A DNA stretch of 64,000 bases from Azolla caroliniana (taxonomy: Eukaryota; Plantae; Polypodiophyta). Shown piece after piece: positions 58,228 through 64,000 of this stretch. Positions within the stretch are counted from its first letter, which is position 1; every line of letters starts with the position of its first letter. The translations under genes and the position numbers were made by a program. The stretch lies in NCBI GenBank assembly GCA_043228905.1, contig JBHGNT010000001.1, positions 4,588,001-4,652,000 on the forward strand, in the 5' to 3' direction. Below the pieces are notes generated by a model. The model searched no databases and had not been told where the DNA came from. It worked only from the letters and a program-made list of their open reading frames with translations.

Positions 58228-60003
58228 GGCTTTTGGAAAGACAATGTACATAGATTATTTTTATACAAAGTGCAAACAGAGTTTTTCCTCTTGGTTATTA
58301 TGAGAGCTTGATATAAGTGATTTGTTACCAATAACATCATTAATCGATTATCAAGCCAGTTTTACCCCATACTCTAAAGCCTAAACCATAAACCCCAAGT
58401 GTGTGGATCATCTTGTGGATTGGCACCACATGTGATCTGAAGAGCTTCCTTGTGTGGTTATGCTCAAAAAATATGCTTACTTTTTATATAACCATTGTGC
58501 CATGATTTTGTAGTATCACAGCTTATTGTGCAACTGATACCCTGCTCTTTTGATGCATGAAAGAAGCCAGGAATTGGGATGTAACCACTTGATTTTGTCT
58601 CACGTGCTGTGTTTTTCACTTGGGTTATTTTTGTATCCTTGCTTGCAGTATGTTTTTATGCTAGCAAAACTTTTAAAATTAGGAGGTAAGAAAAATCTCA
58701 ACGTGCTATATATCTGTACGTCCTAATGATGACTGCTAAGATCAGAATGTAGCTGCTGGAAATGGTCAGTTTTATGATGGATTTAAAGTTTAGGCATGAA
58801 ATTCATTTTAATTGAGGTGTCTTTCTTGCTGCACCAGTGATTATTAAAGAAGGGAAGGGATACTGGCACCATGCTCTACAAATTTGGCTTCATGATTCCC
58901 TCCCTATCTTTGATTGTAAATTTTCGTAATTGATGTTGTAATTGTAACATTTGTACTGCAATCTCAATCATGAGATGTACCTAATATTTAATTCACTAAA
59001 ATTTTGGATTGAAGTTGTAAACAGTATTTTGAGTTGATACATTAGCCATACATAAACTGTATTCTTAAATTTGCGTTTGAAGATAATTGTTCTGATATGT
59101 GTTTAGGTTCAGTTTTCTTATTCTTCTTTAATTTTGAATTCACAGTTCGTAACAGTGTTCAATATTTATTAAAAAGGTTTCCAACCTTCTCTTGTTTATT
59201 TATATCTTAAATATTTATGGCTAAAAGGTGATCATGATTATAAAAAGCTATTAAATGAATTAATTAGCTGGTAATACAGTAAGGCCTCAACTCTTGTAAT
59301 GATTAGGCATTCTTTAATATTCAGTTGCATGGTTTGGTGATGCTTACACATTCTGAGCTGCTGAGTGTGTGCATGTCTCTAAAGTAAAGACAACTATCTA
59401 CATCATGACCCAAGCTTTGAAGATGAGTTACTTATTTTTGGTATTGACATGTACATATTTGAATATGTTATTTCCTTGATGAGATGCTGATTCTTCATTA
59501 TATCAGTGCTAAATGTACAGTAACAGTGGCATAATAATATATATTTCAAGAAACAGAGCCTTGTGCATAATCCAAGTAACAATACAACCAGAGATTATGG
59601 TTCTTAGTACATCTGATGACATTTTGAGAACAAACAGCATGTTTCCCCTCATTTTTGAAAAGTAGACAGAAATTGCTTTTTTCAACATTAGGTTGCATGG
59701 TTACATATATTTGTAGAAACAAAATAGGATGTGAGTACTGTGCTTGTGTCTGTGGCCTATACAAAGAGTTCTGAAATGTACAAAAAGAATGTGAACATGA
59801 AGACTTTCTACCAGGCCCGCAGAGGAAATGAGCCAATATGTGCAGGGGTGGAACTCGACTGTGGTGATGAGATTTATTCCATGGGTTCCTCCAGCAATAC
59901 AACAATGTACGTTTTCAAAAGAGAGATATATGAACGATCAATAAATTTATATTATAAATTTTGCATTTTTTCTTGACATGTGACTAACAAGAATCATATT
60001 GAT

Positions 60004-63000
60004 TTATTCACTATTTGATTGGATCAATTGGTTTAAAGCATCACCCTCAGAGGGGTTTTCGTCATCAAGATCAGATTTGTTATCGGTAGTAAATGCACAC
60101 CATGTCACTCCCCTTCCATCTTCACCTGGGTCAATATCTTGCAATTCTGATAATAAAGAAATGTCTTCGTAACTTTTAAAATTCATCTGCTGATGCCAGG
60201 GCACCTTTGCTTTGTCACCAGAGGTAGATTCTAGTGTTTCAATCTCAAGTTTTGAAGAGGAATTTTGATTTTTTTTCTCCTCTTTAGACTTTGTTTCGAG
60301 CTCAGAAGATACATCAATCGGTGTCATGGTAGTTACCATTGATGTAATGGTTGTTCCCTCCAAGTCTACTTCTGTCTTTACAGCTGTGGCAACAGGAACC
60401 TTCTCTCGTGAGTTGCTGATCTCAAGAGTCTTTCTTTTGTTCTGTTTCGCCATTCGGGCATCCCATGTTTGCCTCACCTTAACCTATCAGAATAGCATGC
60501 ACTATATGTCAAAAATTATTGAAGCATACAATACAAATCCATATTTCCGTATTTAACCCCTCCTAGTGTAACCTGAAAGGGTTTCACCCAATCTTCTTCT
60601 TTATCTTCCTGTTTTTCAAGTGCCACACGTGCACGCAGCTCTATTGATTCCCGCATTATCCGTGTCAAAAAGCTCACATCATCAGACAATGCACCAAGTC
60701 CTCGTAGTAAAACTGAACCAAGCTGCAAGCTTGTCTGAAATCAACAACACAAACTCTGATCAATATAAAGTTTAAAATAGAGCTCCAGAATGATAACGTT
60801 CAAAACCATCTACTTAGAAACAAGCACTCATGATTCTTCGATTTTGTTGTATATTCTATGCCACGTTTACTTTCCCTATATGATAATTTGATGCACTTTA
60901 TGTATACTTCCATAAGTTTTTTGTTTTTTATTTTGAAAAAACAACATTCAAGAACTAAATGTCACCTCTGTATTCTCAAGAATGGCATCAGTAGCTCCGG
61001 CATTCTTCAGGTCCACCAAATGAGTAAGGTCCTGTGCACGAGCATATATGGGAACCTGACACCCCAAGAAAACAAAAGATATAAAAAGGTTCTCTATTCA
61101 CACTCAGTAATAGGGCACATATTTCTCCATACTCAGCAATTTACTTCATCTTTCTCCATGCATAATGGCACACGAAGATCTATATTTACTGTACCGCTGG
61201 GAATGCCAACCGCAGTCTCTCCACTGCTTCCACTGACTTTTGTCGGGAAGTGTACATGACCATAACCGCCTTTGGCATATTGATGCCTGCTGTTTGCAGT
61301 ACAGCAGGTCGAGATCCATCTCCATATAATACTGGGAATCCTAATTTCCGAGCAGCCTGATTGGTAAATAACTATATATTAGATCCAAATTATCCTCCAA
61401 TATTGTGCAAGAAGACATGCAAAGCACATTTTAGTACCATAAACCTCCAACCTAAACATTGTACTATTGCAAAATGTGAACTTTTCAGCACATTACATGC
61501 AGATCTGTTCAAAGCAAATATGCTGGACATACAGAAAGGTATTATCATCCAATTATGTTGTGGAAGTTTTAATATTTCTGCACACTGGCTTCATACCCAG
61601 GCTATGGATAAGAAGGTTATGCAACGCGTAGAGATGACTATCAATGGCTCAGAACAAAAATGTTGCATTTAACTGATGTGTGCATATACATCTAAGACGA
61701 AAATGAATATTGAGGGACTGTAAATATGAAAGAGAACTGTGAAGGTGAATACACTGTAAAGTGCATCAATGACTGTTAATTATCATACATATAGGCATGG
61801 AATTCAATCATTATCAGTCAATCAATGCATTATTAAGGATCCTAGCTGATCAAATTTTCATTACATACAGCATACCATCACTCTAGTGGGATCCATGTCA
61901 AAAGCTATGAAGCTCCATCCAGCAGAATCACCTCCAAGCCCACTTGCCAATGGAGTAGACAAGAAGTTGGCTAGCACCTAAATGCAAGGATCTCAGTCAA
62001 AATTGATCAGAAGAAAATATTACGAGTGGCTTTCAAGATGCAATTAAACAAATCACCTGACCCATTTGACCAAAGCCTATAATGACAACAGGTTCATTCA
62101 CCTCAAATGTCTCTGTAATTGAAACCTGCTTTACATTAACCAAACCATGCCAAATGAAATCCCAATTCAGATGGTACCCTTTTTTAAGTAATATTATCTG
62201 GAAGATGAGATGTGTACATTTGTCTGTGGTATATCAAACCGTGTTTCAATAAATCCTGCCAATTTTTGACCCACTTCATTCAAAAATGGTGTCAATGACA
62301 TTGACAGAACAACGACAATGATCAATAATCTGTTCAGCTCCAAAGGCAAGACTCCTAACCTGAAGGAAGATATTGTAATTATTCTCTTTGAATGAATCAA
62401 AATTTCACCCTCATAGAAGTCAAATTATAAATGAAGAAATGACGAACCTGTTGGCAAGAGAAAACACAACAAATGCAAACTCTCCACCTTGAGAGAGTAG
62501 AAGCCCTATTCGTACACTTTCTGGTAGTGTGAGGCCAACAAAGGGTCCAACAGTCGTGATGATTGCGGTCTTTATTGCTATTAACCCCCCAAGAAGTGTC
62601 AACACATTTGGCCACTCCCGTATTAACAGCTGGTTTACAAAGTTTATACTGGTTAAGTTTTTATTCCTGATCATTCAAATTACTTAGTTGTTAAAATTTC
62701 AAAACCTCAATATCAATGGAAGTGCCAGTTGTGACAAAAAATAACCCAAGGAGTAAGCCCCTGAAAGGCCGAATTTCTGCTTCAATTTGGGTTCGATAAT
62801 TAGTTTCTGCTAGAAGTGCACCAGCAAGAAAAGCTCCAAGCTGTTTCAATGCATAAATGATTCAAAAATTAGATGCAGGATGCTCCACATCTACAGTTTT
62901 CCTTATTTTTTGTGATATACATATAGACCATTGGGACTTGGATTGTAGCCTACTGTTGGAAGCGAAAACAAAATGACAAAGATGCTAATAACTACACTAA

Positions 63001-63780
63001 AAAGTACCTGACACACGGTCTGTATTAAAACTGCAACAAAACTTAACCAGAAGACATACTCACCGTATCACTAAATCCAAGCTTCTGAGTAATTAGTGAT
63101 GTACCAGTTACAGTCAAGAGACATAGAGCATTGAAAGCTTCTGAGCTCCTGGATTCAGCCACAACCTATAGATATTCCATTAACCACAACCTATTTAGAA
63201 ACTTAAATTTGGATTGTATAACAGAGGAATATTCTGGTAAATTTGGAAAACTCAAATGTGGTGTTGTAAATAGCCAACAAATTAGGGGGTATTTTGGTGT
63301 TTTGCCCTATTCTTTAGTACAGTTTGTGCATCTATTCAGGCTAAATGACACCCCCGAAATGTCACCTCAAATATACGGCGCAGAAATACTTGACCACCAA
63401 AAGAAAGAATTCCCAGCCCACCAAGAGCTTTGAGGCTCTCAGCAGCAAGTAGTGGCCATACACTTTCCTTTCCAAGTGTCTGAATCAACATCAACAGAAG
63501 AAAATGTCAGATAACAAAGAACTTCCATGACAATTGAGAGAAACATATGCAGGAGAAGCATTGTCATATACCCCACTTTCGAGTATTGGTAAAATGACCA
63601 ACAATGGAACTACAGCAATATCCTGCGGGTTAAATCAAAGTATAGCATGAATTCCTATAGCTTATCAGCAGTATCACAAGTTCTATATTAAGAGAATAAT
63701 ACGAAGTGGACCTGAAAAAGAAGTATTCCCAGTGTTGCTGAACCAAAACGGGTAGGGAGTTCTCCTTTTTCTGCAAGAAG
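60004..63780 (-). CDS. KEA3: K+ efflux antiporter 3 (thylakoid CPA2 with TrkA-N/RCK domain), 3' part; 5' exons lie beyond the window
   Basis: Exons encode LLAEKGELPTRFGSATLGILLFQ|DIAVVP, LGAFLAGALLAETNYRTQIEAEIRPFRGLLLGLFF, LLSQGGEFAFVVFSLANR, GFGQMGQ, GFPVLYGDGSRP, PIYARAQD and SLQLGSVLL. Confidence 0.95.
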
Positions 63781-64000
63781 CTGAAGCATTCAAAATAGAC
63801 AAGTTAGCAAGTCCCAAACAAGCAAACCCCCTGACGCAGCAAAAATATTCTTGCTTTACACATTCAATTTTACAAGAAAGTTAGCACCAATAAATTTCCA
63901 TCATCATTAGATTGTCCCACTATACAATATTTGGTCTATAACCCAACTTTACATGACTTTGGACTTTCCCTTTTCATCATTCAATTTGTCTTCACTGGTT

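Overview
Eukaryotic (plant nuclear) DNA, not prokaryotic: no CRISPR arrays or operons. It is gene-dense with short spliceosomal introns. A KP-type PLS-PPR protein points to a fern, lycophyte or hornwort; I infer a small-genome fern. Nine protein genes are supported: an intact PLS-DYW PPR C-to-U editing factor, a group C MAP kinase, a HEATR6-like ARM/HEAT protein, a Coa1-family protein, a DUF3143 protein, chloroplast release factor 1 (APG3-like), a PLS-PPR with a KP-type box truncated before its deaminase active site, a P-type PPR, and KEA3 (runs off the window end). Also present are a tRNA-Glu(UUC), a clean 568-bp hAT MITE, a candidate LTR with PBS, decayed retroelement fragments, two GC-AG introns, a telomeric-repeat cluster, tandem duplications and microsatellites. 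The most interesting item is the deaminase-less KP-type PPR, a candidate specificity factor for U-to-C editing, lying head-to-head with plastid RF1. All family assignments are from recalled motifs; no database search was run. I did not find a clearly new biological system.
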